The notes under the pieces: model-generated
Databases searched by the model: none
What the model saw: only the letters and a program-made list of their open reading frames with translations
Told to the model about the DNA's origin: nothing
Assembly (NCBI GenBank): GCA_017463405.1
Contig: JAFTPJ010000003.1
Location: 56,103-120,102, forward strand
Direction: 5' to 3'
DNA: 64,000 nt
Origin: Clostridia bacterium
Lineage (GTDB): Bacteria; Bacillota; Clostridia; Oscillospirales; CAG-272
Position numbers and translations under genes: made by a program
In this document: positions 27,044 to 36,918 of the stretch, one piece after another
Position numbering within the stretch: position 1 is the stretch's first letter
How the letters are laid out: every line of letters starts with the position of its first letter

Positions 27044-28369
27044 TTATAATTGCTCCGCAAGGTATTCGCCAACACCCTCACCAAGGGACATCATCGTGCG
27101 ACTCAATCTGACCGAGGACGCCGCAATATGCGTAAAGGATGCACCGCGACAAGCGACAAATAAATTGGAAAATTCATTGGTCATGGTACACTCAATCGGG
27201 ATTTCATATGGCATCATCAGCTCCTTGCACATCCCGTTAGTGCCATGAATGTCCAATGCGTGATCGGCGATTGCGACGGTTCTTCCTTTTTTCGGCTGTG
27301 AAAGCATCCCCGCTCGCAGATCCTGCTCCCGAAGCACGTATTTTCCCTTTAGCCGATGGCTTTCCCTGATACCAACATCATAGATATGCTTTAACGTAAA
27401 GCCATTCATACTTTTCTCGGTTTGCAGATAATGCCAATATGCCCAAATCATGGCGCGCCCGACTGTGTCGGCGTTTTCGCCGAGCGCAAAATATTCGTCT
27501 CCTTGCATCGTTGGGAGCATATTGACGTTAAAATCGCCGTTTGGATATTCCACGATAAAGGAAACCGTATCTTTAAAGCGGAAAGCGTTATATTTTGAAG
27601 CATCGGAGCGATATTGGCTCGGAATCTTGTCGACGTGATCTTCGTCATTTGTTTTTGCAATTCTGAAAACGAATGAAACACCGTTAACGCGATTACTTCT
27701 TTCATTTGCGGACGGCTCGCCGTAGTCCTCATGCCCCTCACATCCGAAGGCTGTCTCGCAACCGGCATCTCTGGCAAGTATGATATCTCCCGTGGCGTCA
27801 ACAAAATAGTCGGCAAAGATTTTTTCTTCGGTATCACCGTTTGAGACGGTGATGCCGGCAATCTTGCCGTCGCCGATGTGGCAGGATACGTATTGATATC
27901 CGAACAACGCGACAAGATGCTCACTGTACGAGGCGAAGATTGCATTGACAGCACGCGACAGCGCGCCCGGCTCAAACTGCAATCTTTTGGAAAAGCGGTA
28001 GGGAACTCGCTTGAAGGTATCCTCGTATCGGTACGCACTACCGAGAGCCAATGCCCAAGGATATTTTGCAAAGGAATAATTGCCATCCCATTGGTCTTCC
28101 CACGCAGAGGAAAACAGATTGCCGTTGGGGACTTGGGTGACAATATGACAGCCGTTTTGTTCCTTTGCCATTGCTTCGTACAGCAGCCGGTGAAGTCCAT
28201 CAAGCGAAACCCCCGGCTCCCAACCGTCAACACCTGAAAAAACCATGGTTCCGCCGAAATCGGGGTTTTTATCAACGACAACGGTTTTTATGCCGTGTTT
28301 TATCAGTCTGTAGGCACATCCGATTCCGCCGGCACCTGCGCCCACGATGCAAACCTGCGCCTTGATCAT
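27044..28369 (-). CDS. FAD-dependent oxidoreductase (FAD_oxidored/GIDA-like fold)
   Basis: ORF track 27044..28507. I trimmed the start to ATG 28369 (MIKAQVCIVGAGAGGIGCAYRL = GxGxxG). This ATG overlaps the upstream TGA as ATGA, implying translational coupling with the SDR gene. Confidence 0.7.
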   Translation of the reverse strand: MIKAQVCIVGAGAGGIGCAYRLIKHGIKTVVVDKNPDFGGTMVFSGVDGWEPGVSLDGLHRLLYEAMAKEQNGCHIVTQVPNGNLFSSAWEDQWDGNYSFAKYPWALALGSAYRYEDTFKRVPYRFSKRLQFEPGALSRAVNAIFASYSEHLVALFGYQYVSCHIGDGKIAGITVSNGDTEEKIFADYFVDATGDIILARDAGCETAFGCEGHEDYGEPSANERSNRVNGVSFVFRIAKTNDEDHVDKIPSQYRSDASKYNAFRFKDTVSFIVEYPNGDFNVNMLPTMQGDEYFALGENADTVGRAMIWAYWHYLQTEKSMNGFTLKHIYDVGIRESHRLKGKYVLREQDLRAGMLSQPKKGRTVAIADHALDIHGTNGMCKELMMPYEIPIECTMTNEFSNLFVACRGASFTHIAASSVRLSRTMMSLGEGVGEYLAEQL

Positions 28370-29070
28370 AGCGGATTTATCTGTTTGTCGATGCCCCAAA
28401 CGGTAACGTCCTCGACCACGGCTCTCTGAGGAAGATTGGCTACGTAAAGAACGGTATCGGCAATATCCTCTGGCAGAAGAAGGTCTGTGGTTTCTCCGAT
28501 GCCGCATGCACGCTGAAAGCCAGTGCTTGCCGACGAGGGAACGACGCAGCTGACTCTCACGTTGTGGGGCTGCATTTCAAGATACATTCCCTTTGAGAAG
28601 TTGAGAACGCCCGCCTTTGCAGCCGCATATACGGACCAGGTAGGCCAACATTGGCGTGCACAAACCGAGGAAATATTGATGATCGTACCGTTTTTTTGCT
28701 CCTTCATCATTCCCGCAAATGCATGGCAACCATAGATCACACTGTTGAGATTGAGCTTGATGGTGGCGTCGATTTCCTCGATGGAAAATTCGCTGACCTC
28801 TTTGATGGCAATGCCACCGCCTGCGTTGTTTACCAAAACGTCAAGACGACCGTAGGTTTCCTGCACGGTCTGTACGGCGCGCTCCCAATCGGCGGGAAGC
28901 GTCACGTCCATAACGAGTGCAAGATCTCCGCCGACCTCCGCCCTTGCCGCTTCGAGCTTTTCCTTCCCTCTTGCGGCAAGAATAACGGTGTCGCCGTTTT
29001 TCTTAAACGCTTTTGCGGTTGCCTTCCCGTAGCCGTCGGAGGCGCCTGTGATCAATACAATTCTGTTCAT
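28366..29070 (-). CDS. Short-chain dehydrogenase/reductase (classical SDR)
   Basis: 234 aa with TGASDGYGKA (TGxxxGxG), NNAG, NISS and YAAAK (YxxxK). Confidence 0.85.
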   Translation of the reverse strand: MNRIVLITGASDGYGKATAKAFKKNGDTVILAARGKEKLEAARAEVGGDLALVMDVTLPADWERAVQTVQETYGRLDVLVNNAGGGIAIKEVSEFSIEEIDATIKLNLNSVIYGCHAFAGMMKEQKNGTIINISSVCARQCWPTWSVYAAAKAGVLNFSKGMYLEMQPHNVRVSCVVPSSASTGFQRACGIGETTDLLLPEDIADTVLYVANLPQRAVVEDVTVWGIDKQINPL

Positions 29071-29093
29071 TTTTTTACTCCTGTTCTGTTATT

Positions 29094-29918
29094 TTATTCT
29101 ATGGGGATCCGGATCTCCCATTCAAAATGTTCCTCGGACATGTCACGCGGATAAATCTCCACTGTTGGGAGATCCGAGCGTCGGGTCAGTTTTGCCGAAG
29201 GAAGAAGATCGTAAAGGATCATGTTGTATTTTTGATTGACGATGTCATCATCCGTGGTGTTCATTTTTACAGAGAGCCATCGGCATGCGGGAATGCGATC
29301 GACGGGCGCTGATTTCTCATACGCGGTATCACGGTCACCGATGCGACATTTTACCTTTCCGTTTTCACTTGCATATGAAACGAAAATTTGATTTCCCGAA
29401 AGCTCCTGATCCTTTCCAAGCTCGTAAAAGTCATGCCACACCTGCTCACAGCAGCAGGTGTCGGTATCGTCCGAAAGGGCGCAGTACCCACGGATCATAA
29501 AGTCGGTGTCCTGTACGATTTGGAAGGTGTGCTCGCTCGCACTATGCACGTGCCATTCGAATTTCGGCCTTGGAAACAGCGTGATTGCCGCCGCGCCCCT
29601 TTGGCAGGCGGTGGGAGAGATGCCGTGGTACTCACTGAACGCTTTGGAGAATGCCGCCGACGTGGAATAGCCGTATGTTTCGCTGATCTCCTGTATGCTT
29701 GCCTTGGTATTTCTCATAAGCTCACAGGCGGCAAGAGAAAGCCTCCGCTTGCGGATATATTCCGACAGAGGACATCCTACGATAAACGAAAAAATTCGTC
29801 TGAATTCGTAGACGGATAGCGCCATTCGCGAAGCCAATGCCTCGTAATCGATATCGGATGTTATATTGGCTTCGATAGATTCAATGAGTTCTTCTATTTT
29901 CTGCATGCCGCTGTTCAT
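29094..29918 (-). CDS. AraC-family regulator with C-terminal GyrI-like effector-binding domain (Rob/MarA-type architecture)
   Basis: 274 aa. The HTH is at the N-terminus (LSVYEFRRIFSFIVGCPLSEYIRKRRLSLAACELMRNTKASIQEISETYGYSTSAAFSKAFSEYHGISP). A ~150-aa small-molecule-binding-type C-terminal domain follows. AGGAGG RBS. Confidence 0.8.
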   Translation of the reverse strand: MNSGMQKIEELIESIEANITSDIDYEALASRMALSVYEFRRIFSFIVGCPLSEYIRKRRLSLAACELMRNTKASIQEISETYGYSTSAAFSKAFSEYHGISPTACQRGAAAITLFPRPKFEWHVHSASEHTFQIVQDTDFMIRGYCALSDDTDTCCCEQVWHDFYELGKDQELSGNQIFVSYASENGKVKCRIGDRDTAYEKSAPVDRIPACRWLSVKMNTTDDDIVNQKYNMILYDLLPSAKLTRRSDLPTVEIYPRDMSEEHFEWEIRIPIE

Positions 29919-30075
29919 AGGATCCCCCTCCTTGTTTGTATTTTTCGTGTCCTAAATACCATTAAGATTATTTTATCATAAATTTGTACGTTTGTCTTGT
30001 CTTTTGGTGCATTTTTTGGATAAAATTTGAAATTTCCGTATGGGAGCAGGTAAATGAACGGGCGACAAACAAAAA

Positions 30076-30116
30076 GGCAACATCCCCCCGGTTTTGGAAT
30101 GATGTTGCCTTTTTTG
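30076..30116. terminator. Terminator hairpin after the GH2 gene, variant member 'f' of the hairpin family
   Basis: aaaaaGGCAACATCcccccggttttggaatGATGTTGCCtttttt, flanked by A-run and T-run. Confidence 0.65.
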
Positions 30117-30133
30117 GAGTTGATTTGCTCTGC

Positions 30134-32962
30134 TTATCGGGTGTAGTGCTTGACCGTGTTGATCAGCAGCATGTCCGCATAGGGGTGGAGTCCTATATTT
30201 TCATGAATGCGGAAGGTGTTGACGATATATTTGCCTTTCCCGATAGCATATTCACCGTATGTCAATCCGGAGGCAGTGAACGAGGAATCGATGCGGATCG
30301 ACGCACACACCGTGCGCGTGGGTTTATTGACCGAATGAAAAATCGAGGTGGGATAGGTCACGCCGAATTTGTCAAATTCCAGTACGCCCGCATCCTTGAT
30401 ACCGTCGAATACGGGGTGAGATATATTGATATGATCATGATGATAGATGCTACCTTGAACGTATCTGACATATGCGTTTTCGCCTGCGATTCTTTTGAGA
30501 ACGTTTTCGTATTTGACGAAGAAATCCGCATCAGCAAATACGACATTACAGCCGTTTTGTGCTAACGTATGGAGTGCATCAATGCCGTCAATGGAATCGG
30601 GATTTCCGACCAACACCATTTTCGGAGGAGACTTCATATCGATATTGTTCAGATTGATCGCAGAGCCCCCGTGCGCGTGCAAAAACGCAAGCGCGTGATC
30701 TGCAACACCCCACACGGCAATTTCGGCATTGCACGTATCGGTCGCCTCCGCAACGGTGAATTTCAGATCTCCGTCATATGCCACGCCGCCCTGTGTCAGC
30801 CGTGCGGAAAATACGTACTCGCCTGCGGGGAGAGTAATCTGCTCCTTGAGTGCCGAGACGGCGAGTGGCGGCATATCTCCGTAGCCGTTTCGTGGGTAAT
30901 CCACGTTGAAGAGCTGTTTCCATACGCAACCGTTCTTACCTGTGATATAGGCTTGCGCGGCATAAGCACCGGGAGCAAGTACATCCTCATTGCAAAGAAC
31001 AGCCTCGATTGAAAAGGGTATATTTGCATACACGGTTCGCTCACTTGTGAACAGTGACCAGCGCAACGGCTCATTTCCCTGCTGGATGGCATACGCCAAG
31101 GAATCCTTGATGACAAGATTGCCCTGCAATGTGCCCTCGTGGCTGACGCCGAAGCTGGTAAAGCTGAAGCCGTTGATCATGGGATTGGAACGGTAGATGT
31201 TGTAAAGCAGTGTTCGCTGTGTACCGTTGAGCTTTTCTGTGGCGCGACTGAAATCAAACGACAGGGGATACACGTTACGCAAATCGTAAAAATCGAGAAA
31301 TTCCTCGGTTTCATCCCACAACCGTCTTTGTTGCTCGGTTGTGATTGCCTTCGAGAGCGGTTCGTTGCAATGTGCGAGATATACGCCCATCGGGTCGGGC
31401 TGTGATGCGATGCCCGATTCACTGACGAAGATCGGTCTTACGTAAGCCCCGATCGTTCGGAAGTGAAGCTTGGATTCGGCGGAAACAGGAATGTGCATAT
31501 AGATGTGGATATCGCCCATGGCGGTATCTTGGTAGCCGTCGCAGGGGAACGGTGGCTTTCTGTTCGGATAATCGGGGATTCCCTCACCACCAAGATAGGT
31601 GTCCCAGCGATCGGATCCGGGATTAGAGGCGCTACCGAGAGAAATATCTCTGTCCCAGCGACCGCTGTGTAATAAAAACAGAGTGTCGGGGGCGAGGTGG
31701 CGAAGCTTTGGGAGCGATTCGGAGAAGCAGTGGAAGAGCGGATCGTTGTTTTCCAGCTCGTTGAGGAGGCAATACGCCGCGACAGAAGGATGATTGCGGT
31801 GTTGACGGATCAGGTTGGCGTTATAAGTCTCCACCTGCTGTCGGGTTTTGGAATGGAGGGTCATACCCCATCCTGTCGCCGCCGCGTCCATGACCAACAA
31901 TCCGATTTCGTCGCAGATATCGAGTAGCTCGTCGGTAAAACCGCGGGCAATGGTGCGGATGATGTTGAATCCGAGCGCCTTCATGGTGATGGCGTACGAG
32001 GCGTTGATGCTGCAATGCGCCCCTTTGAGGAAAATGCGCTTGCCGTTGAGGAAGAAGAACCCGTTTTTGATGCGGAAATCTTTGAAGCCGAAGCGCACTG
32101 TGTGATGGTCTTTGCCATCAATTGATGCCGTAGCAAGATACAGCGCGGGAGCGTCGAGCTCCCAAAGCTGATGGTTTTCAATATTGGAGCACAGTGTGAA
32201 TTCGGCTTTTCCGGAGGGCGTTTCAACGCTTTGGAGAATCTCGCAGATGAACGTGCCGCTCTTTTTGTCTGACAAGACGACAGAGAGCGCTTTTGATTTT
32301 GTTACAGTGGTATAATTGACCGTGGCGATTGTCACATATACGTCGCCTGTTTCGGGGAGTGCGCGGATGTAGATACTATCGATTGCGACCTCGGGAACGG
32401 CACGCAGATGCACCGCTCCCAGAATGCCGCCCACACATTCCAGACAGAAGGTGTCCTCCGCGCCGAGCATATGCGCCTGAATGTTCGCCCAACAGCTGTT
32501 GGGAATCTCATGTAGGACGATGCCATCGATTGGTTTTCCTGTTGCACGAGGTTCAAAGCAGCGTACCGCCAGAAGATTTTCGGCATCCGTACGGATCGCG
32601 TCGGTGACGTCAAAGGCAAACTTTTTTTCGTGATCCCGGTGCTCGCCCACGCGGATGCCGTTGACGAACGCCTCACACACATAGCCCGCACGCTCAAATT
32701 CCAGCAGCATTCTTTCGCCCGCCTCAAGCGTTGGTACGGTTGGGATCGACTTGTAATACCACACGTATCCGTGATATTTTGGGAATACGTTGGAATAGGA
32801 CAGCTCCATCGTCCAGTAGGAGTTGGGCATATGATCGTAAATATTGATTTGACGGATTTCGGTATCGGGGATTGCATTTTGCCATCCGTTTTCCCGTCCG
32901 TTGTTTTCGGGGTCGGTAGTGATGCTCCACTCACCGCACAGTGTGATCGTTTTATTGTTCAT
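30134..32962 (-). CDS. GH2-family glycoside hydrolase (beta-galactosidase/beta-mannosidase-like)
   Basis: About 942 aa from ATG 32962 (MNNKT; GAGGTG RBS). The GH2 sugar-binding domain motifs YHGYVWYYK, FERAGYVCEAFVNGIRVGEH and FAFDVTD are present. The barrel has RNHPSVAAYCLLNE (acid/base). No signal peptide. Confidence 0.8.
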   Translation of the reverse strand: MNNKTITLCGEWSITTDPENNGRENGWQNAIPDTEIRQINIYDHMPNSYWTMELSYSNVFPKYHGYVWYYKSIPTVPTLEAGERMLLEFERAGYVCEAFVNGIRVGEHRDHEKKFAFDVTDAIRTDAENLLAVRCFEPRATGKPIDGIVLHEIPNSCWANIQAHMLGAEDTFCLECVGGILGAVHLRAVPEVAIDSIYIRALPETGDVYVTIATVNYTTVTKSKALSVVLSDKKSGTFICEILQSVETPSGKAEFTLCSNIENHQLWELDAPALYLATASIDGKDHHTVRFGFKDFRIKNGFFFLNGKRIFLKGAHCSINASYAITMKALGFNIIRTIARGFTDELLDICDEIGLLVMDAAATGWGMTLHSKTRQQVETYNANLIRQHRNHPSVAAYCLLNELENNDPLFHCFSESLPKLRHLAPDTLFLLHSGRWDRDISLGSASNPGSDRWDTYLGGEGIPDYPNRKPPFPCDGYQDTAMGDIHIYMHIPVSAESKLHFRTIGAYVRPIFVSESGIASQPDPMGVYLAHCNEPLSKAITTEQQRRLWDETEEFLDFYDLRNVYPLSFDFSRATEKLNGTQRTLLYNIYRSNPMINGFSFTSFGVSHEGTLQGNLVIKDSLAYAIQQGNEPLRWSLFTSERTVYANIPFSIEAVLCNEDVLAPGAYAAQAYITGKNGCVWKQLFNVDYPRNGYGDMPPLAVSALKEQITLPAGEYVFSARLTQGGVAYDGDLKFTVAEATDTCNAEIAVWGVADHALAFLHAHGGSAINLNNIDMKSPPKMVLVGNPDSIDGIDALHTLAQNGCNVVFADADFFVKYENVLKRIAGENAYVRYVQGSIYHHDHINISHPVFDGIKDAGVLEFDKFGVTYPTSIFHSVNKPTRTVCASIRIDSSFTASGLTYGEYAIGKGKYIVNTFRIHENIGLHPYADMLLINTVKHYTR

Positions 32963-33015
32963 AACAAGCACCTCAACTGATGATAAATTTTATGATAACC
33001 GATAGTGCATTCGCA

Positions 33016-35031
33016 TCATTCAAAAAACAGTGTGACAATTTCGTACGGCTCCAGTGCCTGGATGCGTACGGTGACGTCGTCCTGTTCTTCCTCTACAACG
33101 ATGAAGCCGATTTCGGGGCGGCGAACGCTCATCGCAAGTATTTGCTTACCGCGCGGCTTACGCACAAGCACCTCAAACGGCTCCGTTCCTCCCTGTGACG
33201 CGCTTTCCAGAGTAACAGAGAGCGTTCTGCCGCATTCATCCACCGAGGGAATGGCAACTACCTGCTCCTCGGACAGAAGACGCACGGGCATAGGACCGAT
33301 GGCATCCAATGCACCGACGATCTGATTTTGCTTGGCGGAGCTGATGATATTGCTCCAGAGACTGTAGCCGAAGATCGTCCACTTGGCGTTGGAACTCTGA
33401 ATCTCGGTAACGACCGTGCACGCGCCCATACAGGAGCCGTCGTCAAGTAGAGAGTCTCGGAATGCCTCTCCAAGCACCGCTGTTCTTTCATCGATCCCGT
33501 CGAATACGAATCTTTGCATCGGGGCGGCAGCGTACGGGTTTTCGTTGTAAAACATGCCTGCCTTGGAGCGATTGATCGGGGACGCCGTAAAATGCTCTTC
33601 GGTTCGATTGTCGATCGGTCGCGGAACGAACGCAAAGCGGTCGGCAAAGCCTCTTGCAAAAAGCTTGGCAACGCTTTCTCCGTCGGTGATAACGGGATGT
33701 GTCAGCAAAAATTCGATGTCACGATCGGTCAATGCGTCCACCGTCGAATGATGTACGAGGTATGCGGCATGTTTTCGCTGATCGTAGGTTAGAGGGACTC
33801 CGACGCGCGTCAGCCGTATATCTTTGTCCAGTAACACGCTATCCCAAGCGATCAAGGGATCCTCGCGATTCGACGGTGCCAATTGCGGTGCCTCTCCCCA
33901 GTAGATTGCCACGCCGCCGCGCGCGTGTTGCTTCGCAATTACGGAAAGCTTCGTCCAATAAGGGCGGATTTTTGAAAAGCCCGCAAAGATTTTTTCATAA
34001 TATTCCATTGGCTCGTGGCAGGATTGCACGTCGGTAAAGGTGAGTCCCGTACAGCAGATGGCGAGATCCAGTGTTCCTTCGTTGAGAATTCCGCCGATGC
34101 TTTTTCCCAAAACCACACCGGGGAGATTTTCGATCTCGGCAACGCACGCCGTCACGTACGGCGGCAAAAGTGAGTTTGCGGCGGACAGGCACAGCGCCTT
34201 GCTGTACTGCTCCCAGGGAGATTTGTCGTAATAATACCCACCGCCGGAACGCGTTTCGACCTCCCTGCCGCTTGCATCGTGAAGCGCGCCCAGCAGATGC
34301 TCGTCGTTTGCGCCATGATAGTTGTGCATATGCTCGTATTCCAAACCGAAGCGCGTATCGGGAGCAACCGCAAGCCAAGCCTTGACCGCTCCGTAGGTAA
34401 CCTCATACATTCCCTCTCGGATAAAATCGATATATCTTTGGCGCAGCGCCGTATCGCTGTAATTCATTTTCTCGACCAATTCCTCGCGCGTGTACGCGGT
34501 ATTATTTTGACGGTTGAATTCCGCGATGCAACGGTCGCAATAGCAGCCGTATTTGGCGGGAGTGTGTCCGTGCGCACGCAGATCGTCGTCAAACTACAAG
34601 CGGTACGGCTGTATCCGTTCAGCATAAATGGCAACCACGGTGTTGATGTATTCACGAAACTGCATGCTTCTCCAGCAGAAGCAGGACATATTTTTCGATC
34701 CGTTGTGACCTACGAGATAAGGGGCCTCACCGTCCTTGGGAAGCATTCCCAGTGCAAAGTGATTCTTGTTCTCGGGCAAAAGCTGCTCCCAATCCCGATG
34801 CCAGACGGTATTGGCGATCTGCATGGAAACCCGTATGCCCGCATCGTGGAACATTTTTGCGATCGGCTTCCACTGTTCTGCATATATCACGTGCTGCTCA
34901 TACGGCGGATAATATCCCATGGAGGTCAGCCACACGGTATCGCACGAGTCGGGCTGACGCTTGATCGCATCGATCAGCTCCTGCGCGCGTTCCGGGGTCG
35001 CTTGATGAAATCCAAGTCTGAAGGTAAGCAT
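33016..35031 (-). pseudogene. 671-codon reading frame (uncharacterised, glycan-enzyme-like) interrupted by a single in-frame TAG at 34596..34594
   Basis: Track ORFs 34594..35031 and 33016..34479 are in the same frame. The 38 codons between them (FDDDLRAHGHTPAKYGCYCDRCIAEFNRQNNTAYTREE) also read through cleanly, giving ...AERIQPYRL-TAG-FDDDLRAHG.... The C-x-C-x2-C motif after a barrel-like N-domain echoes the HICKCPKCKD of the 4347..6476 protein. Confidence 0.6.
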
Positions 35032-35085
35032 GAAAAAATCCTCCTATATGCTCTATTTACTCTATTTTTACTGAAGATACGGAAA

Positions 35086-35967
35086 TTACGCAAGGAACAG
35101 GCAAGTGCCGCCAAGGCAGAGGAAAATACCGATCCAGCCGCGTCGCGAAAGCTTTTCTCCAAAGAACAACAGCGCAAACAGTCCCGTCAGGACGATCGTG
35201 CCGCCCGTGATCATGGGATAAAGCACGCTGGCGGGCAGATTCCTCGCTCCCTCCAGCTGTAACAGCGACGATACGGTGCCGATGGCGCTGTACAACGGTA
35301 CAAGCAGCAGCGTGCGCCAGCGGAAGTGCGTGCGCAGCTCGCTCTGCGTATGGTTTTTTGCGACCAGCACCGAAAGCAACGCGATGCTCATCAAAAGCGA
35401 CGCAACCGTACCAAGCATAGCGTATTCGGTCGTTCCTACGGATGCATAGGCGGTGTTGACTTGGTGGAGCTTTGAGAAGACGCTGGCAAAGCCGTTGAGC
35501 ACGAAGACCACACAGCATTTGAGAAGCGTTTTTGTCGTGGGGCGTGACGTACCCGAATTGGAGAGCACGATCGATGCGACGATCACGGCAACACCGATGA
35601 CGTGCAGCGGCTTGACCTCCTCACCGAGGAAAATCCATCCCCAAACGGCGGGAACGAGCATGCCTCCGCTCATCAAAAACAGCATATAGAAGGCGATCTT
35701 GCCCTCGCGCATGATCTGAAAGCCGAGAATTGTATACAACAGACCGCACAGCGCACGCAGCACGGAGTTGATCGCCGAGTACCACGTAATATCGAACGAA
35801 AAGCCGTTGAGCAGAATTAGAACGACGATCGAGCAGCAGGCGGAAATGATGCTGAACATGATACTGCTCTCGTTGGAGCTTTTACTTCCTTTTTGATAGA
35901 TCTTCTGAATGATAAATCCGAGTGCCAGAAGCGCAACCGACGACAGCACTAAAATATAATCCCACAT
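35086..35967 (-). CDS. DMT-superfamily (EamA-like) permease
   Basis: ORF track 35086..35988. I trimmed the start to ATG 35967 (MWDYILVL), which has a GGAGG RBS. About 10 hydrophobic helices. Confidence 0.65.
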   Translation of the reverse strand: MWDYILVLSSVALLALGFIIQKIYQKGSKSSNESSIMFSIISACCSIVVLILLNGFSFDITWYSAINSVLRALCGLLYTILGFQIMREGKIAFYMLFLMSGGMLVPAVWGWIFLGEEVKPLHVIGVAVIVASIVLSNSGTSRPTTKTLLKCCVVFVLNGFASVFSKLHQVNTAYASVGTTEYAMLGTVASLLMSIALLSVLVAKNHTQSELRTHFRWRTLLLVPLYSAIGTVSSLLQLEGARNLPASVLYPMITGGTIVLTGLFALLFFGEKLSRRGWIGIFLCLGGTCLFLA

Positions 35968-36086
35968 TTGTGAGTCCTCCGTTGACAATTTCTGTTTTTT
36001 ATGCTATAATTATAGCATGCAAAAACACTTAAAAATAGGTGTTTTGGAGCAATTTTTATGCGATTGGATTCACGACGGAGGGGCGT

Positions 36087-36902
36087 ATGGTTGTACAGCC
36101 GATATTAAGTGATACTGTTGTATCGTTTGGCGAGATGAAGCTGCGTTCGGTGATGAGCGAGGGGAATTACGAGATGGGGAAAACCGAGGTGGATGGCGCG
36201 CATATTCACAGCTGTTATGAGATCTACATTAATGTTACGGGGGATATTTCATTTTTTCACGGCAGTGCGGTTTACGATATCCGCCCGTTTGACGCCGTTG
36301 TATCCTATCCCGGTGATGTCCATCATTGCATTTACCGTGCCTCATGCCGGCATACGCATTATTGCATTTGGTTTCAGAGCGACGAGGTCGGTGCATTTTT
36401 GGAGCGGCGCAGTATTCGCGGTCGGGTGGAGCTTTCACAGGGAGAGCGGGAGCGCATGCAGACACTTTTGCAAAAGCTGACGCAGACCAAGGAGGATTCG
36501 TTTTTGCGCTCCGCCGCGCTGATGGAGCTATTGTCCATGCTGGATACCGAAAGTCGCACGCGAACGGAGGTATCGGATGATTTCCCCGCGCAGATCAATG
36601 AGATGCTGGGCTATATCGATGCGCATCTGACCGATATTTCCGGTTGGGAGGCGCTTTCGCGTGAATTTTTCATCTCCAAGTCCACCATCAATCGGATGTT
36701 CAAAAAATACGTGGGGATTTCTGCGGGACGGTTGATTGAGGCAAAGCGTCTGTCTTATGCGGAAAAGTTGTTGCGCGCCGACGTTTCCGTGACCGATGCT
36801 TGTTATCGCGCGGGGTTTTCCGATTGCTCACGCTTTATCTCCGCTTTTCGGAAAAAGTTTGGGCTGACACCATTGAAATACAAGCAGGGGCTGCGTAAGT
36901 GA
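36087..36902 (+). CDS. AraC-family transcriptional regulator
   Basis: ORF track 36039..36902. I trimmed the start to ATG 36087 (MVVQPIL), which has a GGAGG RBS. The C-terminal HTH is ...STINRMFKKYVGISAGRLIEAKRLSYAEKLLRADVSVTDACYRAGFSDCSRFISAFRKKFGLTPLKYK. Confidence 0.85.
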   Translation: MVVQPILSDTVVSFGEMKLRSVMSEGNYEMGKTEVDGAHIHSCYEIYINVTGDISFFHGSAVYDIRPFDAVVSYPGDVHHCIYRASCRHTHYCIWFQSDEVGAFLERRSIRGRVELSQGERERMQTLLQKLTQTKEDSFLRSAALMELLSMLDTESRTRTEVSDDFPAQINEMLGYIDAHLTDISGWEALSREFFISKSTINRMFKKYVGISAGRLIEAKRLSYAEKLLRADVSVTDACYRAGFSDCSRFISAFRKKFGLTPLKYKQGLRK

Positions 36903-36915
36903 TGCAGCCCCTTTT
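36887..36915. terminator. Hairpin terminator shared by two convergent AraC genes; marks the left edge of the lower-GC island
   Basis: GGGGCTGC-gtaagtgat-GCAGCCCC followed by TTTT. It overlaps the stop codon of the plus-strand AraC gene (36900..36902) and ends 4 nt before the stop codon of the minus-strand AraC gene (36919..36921). Confidence 0.55.
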
Positions 36916-36918
36916 CGA

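Noticed and set aside
34594-34596. Pyrrolysine at the in-frame TAG.
   Set aside because: The gene is not a methylamine methyltransferase. No pyl genes are in the window. TAG read-through has no supporting context, so a nonsense mutation is the simpler explanation.
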